From contig NC_082729.1 in the NCBI RefSeq assembly GCF_030144855.1, forward strand, positions 23,002,001 through 23,066,000: a stretch of DNA of 64,000 nt, read 5' to 3'. This document shows positions 47,939-60,555 of this stretch, one piece after another (position 1 is the stretch's first letter; each line of letters begins with the position of its first letter). The notes below the pieces were generated by a model. It did not search any database, had not been told where the DNA came from, and saw only the letters and a list, made by a program, of their open reading frames with translations. Position numbers and translations under genes: made by a program. The DNA is from Hypanus sabinus (lineage: Eukaryota).

Positions 47939-48503
47939 TCAAAATAAGTCCCAGTGTAGTTCAAGGTGCAGCAAGTCAAGTTGAACTCAGAGTCGATGTA
48001 CATCTTCCGTGTCAGCAGAGTGGGCAGGCACATGAGGAAGGCGAGGACCCAGGCCCCAAGGCAGGCCGCACGCACCCAAGGCAGGGACCGGTGAGTCTGG
48101 GACCAAACGGGCCTAGTGATGGCCAGGCAGCGGTCAACGCTGATCATGGTCAATAGGAAGACACTGGTGTACATGTTGAAGACGTTGGCCGAGGGAATGA
48201 GCTTACAGAGGACATTGTCTGTAGGCCAGGAGTTCCTCAGGGCAAAGTTAGCCATCTGGAAGGGAAGGCTGAGGCAGTAGGTCAGGTCTGCCACAGCCAG
48301 GTTCAGGAACCACACCGTGTTGACACTCCGCTTCATCTTGAAGCCTGTCACCCAGATGACGGCCCCGTTGCCAGGGACACCCAACAGGAAAGTGAGGGCG
48401 TAGACAAAGATGGACAAGATGGAGGCTGTTAGCAATTGTGAACCAGAATCCTCAGGGAAGTTCTCAGCGGAGTAGTTTGTTACAGAAGTAATCATCTCCA
48501 TAA
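47939..48503 (-). pseudogene. GPCR fragment 6 (N-terminus to ECL2), inverted, lacking start, intron and TM5-7
   Basis: NYSAENFPEDSG...CTLNYTGTYF fused directly to 3'-flank sequence; frameshifting deletion near the N-terminus. Confidence 0.85.
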
Positions 48504-49749
48504 TAACTTGGGCAAGTTGTAGACCCTCCAATCAGGGTCACAAGAAACCGTGGGAGCAGCTGGTGGGTGGTCATATGAACAGCCGGTGCAGATCACAAGT
48601 CCGGGTGATGCGACCACTGACGCCAGGCAGACAATCTCTGAAGAGTATTGATAATGATCGGGGTCACCCGTCTTGTAAAGACACTGCCCAGGAGAAGGCA
48701 ATGGCAAACCCCATCTGTAGGAAAATTTGCCAAGAACAGTGCCAATCTCAGACTGCGATCACCTACGTCATACGACGTGGTGCATAATGAGCCAACAATC
48801 ACTCCTCTGAGTCCCCCCAGCGTTTTGTGCGTGTTGCTCTGGAAGAGTTAGCAAGAGCTGCAGAATCTCTTGTGTTTACAACAGCGGTCCCCACCCTAGT
48901 GTCCGGAGAGACCCCTTGCGTGATTGGACCATGGCACAGCAAAGTGCCTTTGACTGTAGGATGCATTATTGGTGCCAGATGGGGTGGTCTGAGTATCTCA
49001 GAAACTGCTGATCTCCTGGGATTTTCAGACACAGCGGTCTGTGGAGTTTACAGAGAATGGTGCAAAAACAAATGAAAAACACCCATTGAGTTGTGTGGGA
49101 GAAAAAGCCTTGTTAATGAGAGAGATCAGAGGAGAATGGCCAGACTGGCTCAAGCTGTCAGGAAGGTGGCAGTATCTCCAATATCCACTCGTTACTACAG
49201 AGACCACAACACGTCAAACCTTGAAGTGGACGGGACAGAGCAGCAGATCACAAGAATACACTCAGTGGCCGGTTTATTCAGTACAGGAGGGACCGAACAA
49301 AGTTGCCACTGAGTGTATGGAGACACATGATCGTGCAGGGAATGGTGGGATACGGGTCACGTACAGAAAGGATTCAGCTGAATTCAGCAGTTTGCTCAGC
49401 ACAGCGATCCCTCTACGATGTCTCCCCCTGCTGCCCAAAACCGGTTCTGCAACAGCAGATGTTTAAACTGAAGGCATCTCCACACAGGCTTAACAGTGGA
49501 TCCCCGGGTCCAATCCCGCAGCCGTTGTGGAGAGTACGACCCTTCAGTGAGGATGAGAGACAAATGTACCAGGAAAGAACTCAAGCCGGGGTTGAAGGTG
49601 GCCAGAAGTCTGCTTGGTGAGTGGGATAAAAGAGAATCCCCAGGTATTGTATTGAACCAGATTCAGAATCACTGGCAGATGTTGAGCAATTTATTGACTG
49701 TGTACAATGCATTGCACTACATAACAATAGAGAAAAAACTGAATTACAG

Positions 49750-49990
49750 TAAGAATGTATGTAATAGTTAAATTCAATAAGTAGAGCAGAAACAGCAATC
49801 AAAAACCAGGGAGGTAATGTTGATGGGTTCAACGCCTATTCAGAGATCTGATGGCAGATGGGAAGAAGCTGTTCCTGAATCACTGAGTGTGTGACTTCAG
49901 GCTTCTATACCTCCTCCCTGGAGCAATGAGAACAAGGCGCGGCCTGGGTAATGCGGGTCCTAAATGACGGACGCCGCCTTTTTGAGGACT
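49750..49990 (-). mobile_element. Degenerate LINE 3' fragment (Rex1-like)
   Basis: Minus strand reads ..RNSFFPSAIRSLN, like the Rex1 ORF end (NSFFPQAIRLLN at ~55990). Confidence 0.55.
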
Positions 49991-51382
49991 TAAGGGTTGC
50001 ATACGAGAGGGTAGGGAACCGAGGGTGGAGCTTATGTTTGGAGTGACAGAACGTTTATGCTCTGACTAACTTGTGTTGGAATTTAGCGTGGAAAAGGACA
50101 AGAAAGGTAGTGAGTATGGTGTGGGCCTTGCTAATTTGCAAGGGCACGCTGAGAATAAGGAGGTAGTGGTGCTGGGACTCCTGAGAAGCCCCCAGTTAAT
50201 GAAGAGGAGGGATGGAAGCATGGCCTTTTACAGAGCAGGTCATGGCTGACAGGCTTGGCTGATCTTTCTCAGGAGTTGTCGAAGGCGATCGACAAGGGTG
50301 GAGAGTGGCTGTTGTCCACATGGACACTTGACAAGGTCCCTCACGGTAAAACTGTAAACCGTTAACCGTTGATGCTCTGACAAATCCAGAACCGATCCAC
50401 CCCCACTTTAAATATATCCAATGATGTGGCTTCCACAGCTGTCTGTGGCAAAGAATTCCAGTGATTCACCACCATCTGTCGAATGAAATTAATCCTCACT
50501 TCTGTTCTAAAGGGATGTCATTCTATTCTGAGGCTGTGTCCTCTGGTCCCAGACTCCGGCACTATAGGAAACATCCTCACCATGTTGATTCTCTCTCAGC
50601 CTTTCAATATTCAAAAGGTTTCATTTAAATCACATTTCAATCATCCAGACAGCAAAGTTGGAAATGAGGGCAGAGAAAAGGCAGATGAAGTTTAATCCAG
50701 ATGAACATGAGGCATTTTAAAAAAAAGGATCTAATGATTTCCCAGTGTATACGGTGTGTACAGTGTATTTCCCAGTGTAAACTCTCCTCGGGCTTCCAGC
50801 AGGGTTAAGGAATTCATTTTAACTGATGTTTGGATTGCAAACTCTGGATGAAATCAGGCATTTAGCTTTGCAGGATGAAAAGTTCGGGGAAAGTATCCAG
50901 TAAATGGCAGGAATGTAAGGAGCGCTGATGAACAATAGGAGGATGTTGGGGTCCCTGGGGTCCACAGCTCCCTGAAAGTGGTCACACGAGTAGATGGACT
51001 GATAACAGAGAACAGTAGAGCACAGGAATGGGCCATTCGGCCCACAATGTTGTGCTGAACCAGCTAAATCAAACCCCTCCAAATAAACTAATCCCTTTTA
51101 CCTTCTCCATGTCTATATCCCTCTCTCTCCTCACATCCACGTGCTGATCCAAACGTTTCTTAAAAGCCTCTAATGCATTTGCCACGACCACCAGAACAGG
51201 CAGCACATTCCGGGCATCAACCACTCCCTGAGTAAAAAACTTACCCCTCACGTCCCCTTTGAACCTACCCCCTCTCACTTTCAATGCATGCCCTCTGGTA
51301 GACATTTCTACCCTGGGAAAAAGATACTCCCTGTCTATTCTATCTATGAGTCTCATTATCTTATAAACCTCAATCAAATCTC

Positions 51383-53470
51383 TACCATCGTTGCTGGCAG
51401 TGCATTCCACACACCCACCACTCTCTGTGTGAAAAACTTACCCCTGACATCCCCTTGGTAATTACTTCCATGCACCTTAAAACTATGTCCCCTCGTGTTA
51501 ACCACTTCAGCCCTGGAATAAGTGTCAGACTATCTATACGATCAATGCCTCTCCTCATCTTATACACCTCTATCAGTTCACCTCTCATCCTCCATCGCTG
51601 CAAGGAGAAAAGGCCACATTCACTCAAACGATTCTCATAAGGCACGCTCCCCAATCCAGGCAACATCCTTGTGAATCTCCTCTGCACTCTCTCTATAGAA
51701 ACCACAACCTTCCTGTAGTGAGGTGACCAGAACTGAGCACAGTACTCCAAGTGGGGTCTGACCAAGGTGTTATATATGACACCCTCAGGTTCGGCCGGCG
51801 GTGTTAGCCTAGGGAAGACAGTCCCTGGCCGACAAACGGGTTGAATCTGAGAAACAAAACCGCTTGTTCGTGTCGATGCTGTGTGATCGGTTCCCCCGTT
51901 ATGAGTCAGTACCACGAAATAACCGACAGTACACCATATAGAATTAAACAATTAAGCTTTATTATTCTTAATTTGACCAATGGGTCAGTAAAGAAAACAA
52001 AAAGAAAACGGCCCATTTTAATGAAACTCTCTAATGTGAACAAGTTGGAGCTCACGGTTTTCCTGCCGTTGGTCCTCCATCAATCTCCCCGGACTTTCTC
52101 AACTCCAAGTCCACTCCATCCTGCTGGCTACAACTTCTCCTTTCAGGCAAATTCTCTCTTCATCTTTGGCCAAACAAAAGACTCGGATCACCTTGTTCTC
52201 AGGCACACAACAAGAAAAAACACTCCCTTCTTCGGGTAGTGCATATTCGAAAGCCCCTGTTATCTCTATCTCATGACCCAAACACTGCTGCTACAGAACA
52301 ACCACTACATTAGCAGTGAAACCTTTCCCAGGGTATTACATATAGATGTAACATTACCTTGTGGCTGTTGATCTTCATTCCACAGTTGATGAAGGCCAAC
52401 ACACTATACGCCTTCTGAACAACATTGTCAACCCGCACAGCAGCTTTGAGTGTCCTAGGGACATGGACCCCAAGATCTTGTTGATCCTCCACACTTACTG
52501 TTAATATTATGTTCTGTCTTCAAATTTGACCGACTGTTATGAATCATTTCACACTTGTCTGGGCTGAACTCCGTTTGCCACTTCTCAGCCCAGTTCTGCA
52601 TCCTGTTGATGTTGAGCTGCAACCTCTGTCAACCCACCGGACTATCCACAACACCCCCAACCTTTGTGTCATCAACAACCTTACTAACCCACCTTCCTCT
52701 TCCTCATCCAGGTCATTTATAAAAATCACCAAGAGGAGGGGTCCCAGAACAGATCCCTGAACACCACTGGCCACCGTTCTCCATGCAGAATACGAACCAT
52801 CCACAGCCACCCTTTGCCTACTTTGGTCAAACCAATTCTGGATCCACAAAGCAAGGCCTCTTTGGATCCCATGCTTCATTACTTCCTGAGTGAGCCTCAC
52901 ATGGAGAACCTGATCAAATCTCTCACTGAAATCCATATACACTACATCGACTGCTCCACCGTCATCAATGTGTTTTGTTACATCTCAAAGAAGTCAATCA
53001 GGTTCGTAAGGCTTCACCATGCTGACTATCCCAGATTAGATAATGGCTCTGCGAATGCTCATAAATCCTGCCTCTCAATCTTCTCCAACAACTTGCCCAC
53101 CACTGACGTAAGACTTCCTTGTCTATAACTTCCTGGGTTACGTCTACTTCCTTCCTGATCAAGGGAACAATGTTTGCAAGCTTCCAATCCTCCGGTACTT
53201 CTTCTGTCCCTATTGATGATGCAAAGATCACCGCCAGAGGCTCAGCAATTTCCTCCCTTGCTTCCCACAGTAGACGTGGGAATATCTCACCTGGTCCCAG
53301 TGACTTAACTAACATAATACCTTTCCAAAGCTCCAGCACATCCTCTTTCTTGATGTCTACATACTCAAGCATTTCAGTCCGCTTTCAGTCATCCCCACAA
53401 TTGCCAAGGTCCTTTTTACTGGTGAATACTGAAGCAAAGTATTCATCAAGTATCTCGGCTACCTTCTCTC
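51383..53470 (-). mobile_element. Degenerate CR1 with nested solo LTR (51777-52340); duplicate of 28546-30625
   Basis: Near-identical sequence and the same LTR insertion site. Confidence 0.85.
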
Positions 53471-54548
53471 AGGAACTTCTGTCAACCCTCCGGACTATCC
53501 ACAACACCCCCAACTTTTCTGTCATCAACATTCTTACTAACCGATTCTTCTACTACCTCATTCAGGTTATTTATAAAAATTACAAAGAGGAGGGGTCACA
53601 GATCCATGACACCGGCCACACAGATCAATAGGGTGGTTAATAAGGCTTATGGGATGCTTGCTTTTAGTTCACAGCGGACTGAGTTCAAGAGGTTGAGATA
53701 CAAGTTTATAAAAGTCAGGTTAGGCCACATCTGGAGTAATGCATGCAGTCCTGGTCACCCGGCAAAGGATGTTGAGCTTTGGAGAGGGAGCAGAAGAGCT
53801 TTACCAGGATGCTGCCTGGTTTAGAGGGCATGTGCTATCGGGAGAAGCTGGACAAATGTGGAGTGTTTTCGTTGGAGCGGCAGAGGCTCAGAGGAGACTT
53901 GATTGAGGTTTATAAGATAATGATTCTCATAGATAGAATAGACAGGGAGTATCTTTTTCCCAGGGTAGAAATGTCTACCAGAGGGCATGCATTGAAAGAG
54001 AGAGGGGGTAGGTTCAAAGGGGATGTGAGGGGTAAGTTTTTTACTCAGGGAGTGGTTGATGCCCAGAATGTGCTGCCTGTTATGGTGGTCGTGGCAAATG
54101 CATTAGAGGCTTTTAAGAAACGTTTGGATAAGCACGTGGATGTGAGGAGGGAGAGGGATATAGACATGGAGAAGGTAAAGGGGATTAGTTTATTTGGAGG
54201 GGTTTGATTTAGCTGGTTCAGCACAACATTGTGGGCCAAATGGCCCATTCCTGTGCTCTACTGTTCTCTGTTATCAGTCTATCTACTCATGTGACCACTT
54301 TCAGGGAGCTGTGGACCCCAGGGACCCCAACATCCTCCTATTGTTCATCAGCACTCCTTACATTCCTGCCATTTACTGGATACTTTCCCCGAACTTTTCA
54401 TCCTGCAAAGTTAAACACCTGACTTCATCCAGAGTTTGCAATCCAAACATCAGTTGAAATCAATTCCTGAACCCGGCTGGGAGCACGAGAAGAGTTTATT
54501 CATTGTATACACTGGGAAATCACTAGATCCTTTTTTTAAAATGCCTCA

Positions 54549-56293
54549 AGACAGTATCAACTGACTGTGCAGAGGATGCCTCCCTCCCAAATGCGCTGAA
54601 TAACTTCTGCTCCCGGTTTGAGGTGGAAAATGACGTGGTGGCGAGTAAATCCACCCCTCCTGCGAATGACCGGGTGATGTGTCTCTCCGTGGCTGACGTG
54701 AGAAGAACCCTGTGCAGGGTCAACCCACGGAAGGCTGCTGGGCCAGACAACATCCCTGGCAGAGTGCTCAGAGGATGTGCAGACCAGCTAGCAGATGGTC
54801 TCACTGACATCTTCAACAGCTCCCTGAGCAGCGCCACTGTTCCAACGTGCTTCAAGGCCGCCACCATCGTCCCTGTGCCGAAGAAGTCTTGTTTCCTGCC
54901 TCAACAACTACCGTCCCGTTGCACTCACATCCATCATCATGAAGTGTTTTGAGAGGCTCGTCATGAGGCATATCAAGGCCCTGTTGCCCCCCTAACTGAA
55001 CCCCCTGCAGTTTGCGTACCGTCCCAACCGCTCAACAGATGACGCCATTGCCACCACCCTCCACCTGGCCCTAACCCACCTGGACAAAAAAGACACATAC
55101 GTTCGGATGCTGTTCATAGACTTCAGTTCAGCATTCAACACAATCATCCCTCAGAAACTGATTGGAAAGTTGAGCCTATTGGACCTGAACAGCTCCCTCT
55201 GCAACTGGATCCTAGACTTCCTGACTGGGAGACCTCAGTCAGTCCTGATCGGGAGCAGCATCTCCAACACCATCACACTGAGCACGGGGGCTCCCCAGGG
55301 CTGTGTGCTCAGTCCACTGCTGTTCACTCTGCTGACCCACGACTGTGCTGCAACACACAGCTCGAATCATATCATCAAGTTCGCCGATGACATGACCGTG
55401 GTGGGTCTCATCAGCAAGAACGATGAGTCAGCTTACAGAGAGGAGGTGCAGCGGCTAACAGACTGGTGCAGAGCCAACTACCTGTCTCTGAATGTGAACA
55501 AAACAAAAGAGATGGTTGTTGACTTCAGGAGGGCACGGAGTGACCACTCCCCACTGAACATCGATGGCTCCTCGGTAGAGATCGTTAAGAGCACTAAATT
55601 TCTTGGTGACGGAGAATCTCACCTGGTCCCTCAACACCAGCTCCACAGCAAAGAAAGCCCAGCAGCGTCTCTACTTTCTGTGAAGGCTGAGGGAAGTCCA
55701 TCCTCATCACATTCTGCAGGGGTTGTATTGAGAGCATCCTGAGCAGCTGCATCTCTGCCTGGTTCGGAAATTGCACCATCTCGGATCGCAAAACCCTGCA
55801 GCAGATAGTGAGGTCCAGCTGAGAAGATCATCGGGGTCTCTCTTCCTGCCATCACGGACATTTACACTACACGCTATCAGCAAACAGCATTGTGAAGGAC
55901 CCCACACACCCCCATACAATCTCTTCTCCCTCCTGCTGTCTGGGAAAAGGCTCCGAAGCATTTGGGCTCTCACGGCCAGACTATGTAACAGTTTCTTCCC
56001 CCAAGCTATCAGACTCCTCAATACCCGAAGCCCAGACTGACACCTTGCTCTACTGTCCTGTTTATTATTTATTGTAATTCCTGCACTGTTTTGTGCACTT
56101 TATCCAACCAGTGTAGGTCTGTAGTCTAGTGTAGCTTTCTCTGTGTTGTGTTTTTTTATTATGTAGTTCAGTCCAGTTTTTTGTACTGTGTCATGTAAAC
56201 CATGGTCCTGAAAAACGTTGTCTCATTTTCACTATGCACTGTACCAGCAGTTATGGTCGAAATGACAATAAAAGTTGTCTTGAATTGATTTGA
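54549..56293 (+). mobile_element. Rex1/Babar-type LINE, 5'-truncated, with 3' UTR
   Basis: [30 protein letters not shown]; contains stops and frameshifts; AATAAA plus a TTGA-type tail. Confidence 0.88.
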
Positions 56294-59200
56294 TGTTCAT
56301 CTGGATTAAACTTCATCTGCCATTTATCTGCCCACATTTCCAACATTTCTGTCCGGATGATTGAAATGTGATTTAAGTGAATCCTTTTGAATATTGAAAG
56401 CGCTAGAGAGAATGGACATGGCGAGGATGTTTCCTATAGTGCCGGAGTCTAGGACCAGAGGACACAGCCTCAGAATAGAGGGACATCCCTTTAGAACGGA
56501 GGTGAGGATTAATTTCTTTAGCCAGATGGTGGTGAATCTCTGGAATTCTTTGTCACAGACAGCTGTGGGGGCCAGGTGTTTGGATATATTTAAAGTGGAG
56601 GTGGATAGGTTCTGGATTCATCAGAACATAAACGGTTAACGGGGAGAAAGCAGGAGACTGGAGTGGAGAGGGATCATAATCGATGTAAAGGTGAAACAGA
56701 CTCAATGGGCCACATGGCCTATATATACATACATACTTACTGTAATTCAGTTTTTTCTCTATTATTATGTAGTGCAATGGATTGTACACAGTCAATATTA
56801 ATTTCTCAACATTTACCAGTGATTCTGAATCTGGTTCAATACAATACCTGGGGATTCTCTTTTATCCCACTCACCAAGGAGACTTTTGGCCACCTTCAAC
56901 CCCAGCTTGAGTTCTTTCCTGGTACATTTGCCTCTCATTCTCACTGAAGGGTCGTTCTCTCCACAACGGCTGCGGGATTGGACCCGGGGATCCACTGTTA
57001 AGCCTGTGTGGAGATGCCTTCAGTTTAAACATCTGCTGTTGCAGAACCGGTTTTGGGCAGCAGGGGGAGACATCGTAGAGGGATCTCTGTGCCGAGCAAA
57101 CTGCTGAATTCAGCTGAATCCTTTCTGTACGTGACCCGTATTCCCTGCACGATCATGTGTCTCCATACACTCAGTGGCAACTTTATTCGGTCCCTCCTGT
57201 ACTGAATAAACCGGCCACTGAGTGTATTCTTGTGATCTGCTGCTCTGTCCCGTCCACTTCAAGGTTTGACGTGTTGTGGTCTCTGTGGTAACGAGTGGAT
57301 ATTGGAGATACTGCCACCTTCCTGACAGCTTGAGCCAGTCTGGCCATTGTCCACTGATCTCTCTCATTAACAAGGCTTTTTCTCCCACACAACTCAATGG
57401 GTATTTTTCATTTGTTTTTGCACCATTCTCTGTAAACTCCACAGACCGCTGTGTCTGAAAATCCCAGGAAATCAGCAGTTTCTGTGATACTCAGACCACC
57501 ACATCTGGCACCAATAATGCATCCTACAGTCAAAGTCACTTCGGTCACATTTCCTCCCCCATTCCCGTGTTTGGTCTGAACATCTTGACCATGTCTTCGT
57601 GCTTTTATGCACTGGGTTGCTTCCTCATGATTGGCTGATTTTATACTTGCACTAACGAAGAGTCCACTGTGTGTAGAAGTCTCGAGTGTTGCGGTTAGCA
57701 CAATACAGGAGACCGGGGTTCAATTCCGGCCACTGCCAGTAAGGAGTTTGTACATTCACCCGGTGACCGTGTGCGTTTCCTCCGGGTGCTCCGGTTTCAT
57801 CCCACAGTCCAAAGACATACCGGTTGGTAGGGTAATTGGCTATTATAAACTATCCTGGGATTCGGTAGGTTTAGATCAGGCGATCACTGGGCGGTGTGGC
57901 ACGAAGGACTGGAAGAGTCTAATCTGCGCTGTAACTCAATAAATTCATTAATTAAACAGGCCGGTGCTTCCACTACCACCTCCACCCATGGCAGCCCACT
58001 TCTGGCACCCAGCACGTTTCCTTTAAACTTTCCTTCCTCTCCCCCTGAAACGAAGCCCTCTTCCCGGGGGCGGGAGGAGAAACTGATCGTCACTGTCCAT
58101 CCCATCCAAGCCCCCATGATTTTATAATCTTCCAGCAGGTCTCCCCTCAGTCCCCGGAGAAGACGATCCAGTTTTGTCCACCGTCCCCGTACAGATCGAT
58201 CTCTGCCCTCCCCTGGTGTTGCTGCAAGTTTTTCCTTGTAAACCGGGGATCCCACGTTTTTCTGTGCCATGGTCCAATCACGCAAGGGGTCTCTCCGGAC
58301 CCCAGGGTGGGGACCGCTGTTGTAAACACAAGAGATTCTGCAGCTCTTGCTAACTCTCCCAGAGCAACACACACAAAACGCTGAAGGGACTCAGAGGAGC
58401 GATTGTTGGCTTATTATGCGCCGCGTTGTATGACGTAGGTGATCACGAACTGAGATCAACTCTGTTCTTGGCAATTTTCCTACAGAAGGGGTTTGCCATT
58501 GCCTTCTTCTGGGCAGTGTCTTTACAAGACAGGTGACCCCAGCCATTATCAATACTCTTCAGAGATTGTCTGCCTGGCGTCAGTGGTCGCATCACCAGGA
58601 CTTGTGATCTGCACCGGCTGTTCATATGACCACCCACCACCTGCTCCCACAGCTTCACGTGATCCTGATTGGAGGGTCTGCAACTTGCCCAAGGGTGACC
58701 TGCAGGCTGGTGGAGGAAAGGGGAACCTTACGTCTCCTTTAGTAGAGATGTATCTCCACTCACCACCCTGGGATCTATGGAAATAGATCAGCAGTCATGT
58801 TTATTCATTTCCATAGATGAATAAACATATCTTTTACTCATTTTATTTATAATTTTATTTCATGATTTTATTTTTAATGAATAAACAGTCCTGGTGAAGG
58901 GTCCTGTCCCGAAACATTGTCCAGCCCACAGCTGAAGTACAGTGTCCAGTTCTGGTCTCCACACTACAGGAAGGAGGTTACTGCACTGGAGAGGGTGCAG
59001 AGGAGATTCCCCAGGACGTTGCCCGGGACAGAGTGTTTCGATTATGAGGAGAGACCGGAGACATGATGGAGGGGGCAAGGGCGGGGGCAAAAGTCACGGC
59101 GCGATAGAGCTGTCGTGTCTGGTTGCCATGGAAATGAGGAAGCCGGGCCCAGGAGGCAGTGAACCAACTTGGTCTGGACTCACGCAGAGGGTCCTCTGAG

Positions 59201-59517
59201 CTGGGGTAAGTTTTTTTTGATCGGACTCTATCTGGCGACTGCGGGGAAATATTCAGTTAGTTGCTCAGGGGTTGAACAGATCACAGGCAAATCAGTGGTG
59301 GGGGGCAGGGGTCAATGGTTGGCTTTCAGCCGAGGATTTTGGTCACTAGGCCTTGAATAGTAGGCCTTGTAGGATTGGGACAATGGTAGGCAGAGCGCTG
59401 GCAGGGGCGGAACGGGTGCAATAATGGCGGGAGTTGATAGAGGGCAAGATGGAGTAAGGGGTATCAATGGCAAGACAGAGCGAGGAGCAGCATTGGCGGG
59501 ACATAGAGGGAGAGCCC

Positions 59518-60555
59518 TCACACACTGGCATCTGTACTGGAGATGGTCTTGATGCGAGTGCTGCCGGCTGACTCCGTCCGCTCCTCAGCAAAGGCCAAAC
59601 GGAGCGAGGTGGACAGGGAACGCCGGAAAACCTGGCGGAAGTTGCGGCCGGCAAAGACATAGAGGATGGGGTTCAGGGCGCTGTTGAAGGAGGCTAGGCC
59701 CACGGAAAAGCTATCCCAGACCCAGGCCGCCGGATGTTTGGAGAAAGCCTGAGCTAGGCCGCAGATGTGGTATGGGAGCCAGCAGAGGAAAAAGGCGGCA
59801 ACTACAACAGCAATGAGGCGGACAGGCTTCCTGGTCTTGCTGGACTTGGCGAACTTGCCCCTCTGCAGCTTCTGGCCAATCAGGAGGTAGCAGAATGCCA
59901 TGATGAGGAAGGGGAAGATGAAGGCAAAGAGGGCCCGTGTCACCTCCACCACCTCCCTGGTCCGGTCTCCAAAATAAGTCCCAGTGTAGTTCAAGGTGCA
60001 GTAAGTAAAGCCGAACTCAGGGTCTATGTACATCTTCCGTGTCAGCAGAGTAGGCAGGCTCATGAGGAAGGCGAGGCCCCAGGCCACAAGGCAGGCCGCA
60101 CGCACCCAAGACAGGGACCGGTGAGTCTGGCACCAAACAGGCCTAGTGACGGCCAGGCAGCGGTCGATGCTGATCATGGTCAATAGGAAGACACTGGCGT
60201 ACATGTTGAGGACGATGGCCGAGGGAATGAGCTTACAGAGGACGTTGTCTGTGGGCCAGGAGCTTCCCAGGGCAACGTTAGCCATCTGGAAGGGGAGGCT
60301 GAGGCAGTAGGTCAGGTCTGCCACAGCCAGGTTCAGGAACCACACCGTGTTGACGCTCCGCTTCATCTTGAAGCCTGTCACCCAGATGACGGCCCCGTTG
60401 CCAGGGGCGCCCAACAGGAAAGTGAGGGCGTAGACAAAGATGGGCAAGGTGGCGGATGTTGACAGTTGGGTCCCAGAATCCACAGGTAAGTTCTCATAGG
60501 TGTAGTTTCCAAATAAAGAAATGTTGTCGTAGTAATCATCTCCAGAATACATCAT
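59518..60555 (-). CDS. Chemoattractant GPCR, C3aR/C5aR/CMKLR1-like, copy 7 (intact, 345 aa)
   Basis: Complete ORF MMYSGDDYY...TISSTDASV*; intron 60563-63200. Confidence 0.92.
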   Translation of the reverse strand: MMYSGDDYYDNISLFGNYTYENLPVDSGTQLSTSATLPIFVYALTFLLGAPGNGAVIWVTGFKMKRSVNTVWFLNLAVADLTYCLSLPFQMANVALGSSWPTDNVLCKLIPSAIVLNMYASVFLLTMISIDRCLAVTRPVWCQTHRSLSWVRAACLVAWGLAFLMSLPTLLTRKMYIDPEFGFTYCTLNYTGTYFGDRTREVVEVTRALFAFIFPFLIMAFCYLLIGQKLQRGKFAKSSKTRKPVRLIAVVVAAFFLCWLPYHICGLAQAFSKHPAAWVWDSFSVGLASFNSALNPILYVFAGRNFRQVFRRSLSTSLRLAFAEERTESAGSTRIKTISSTDASV

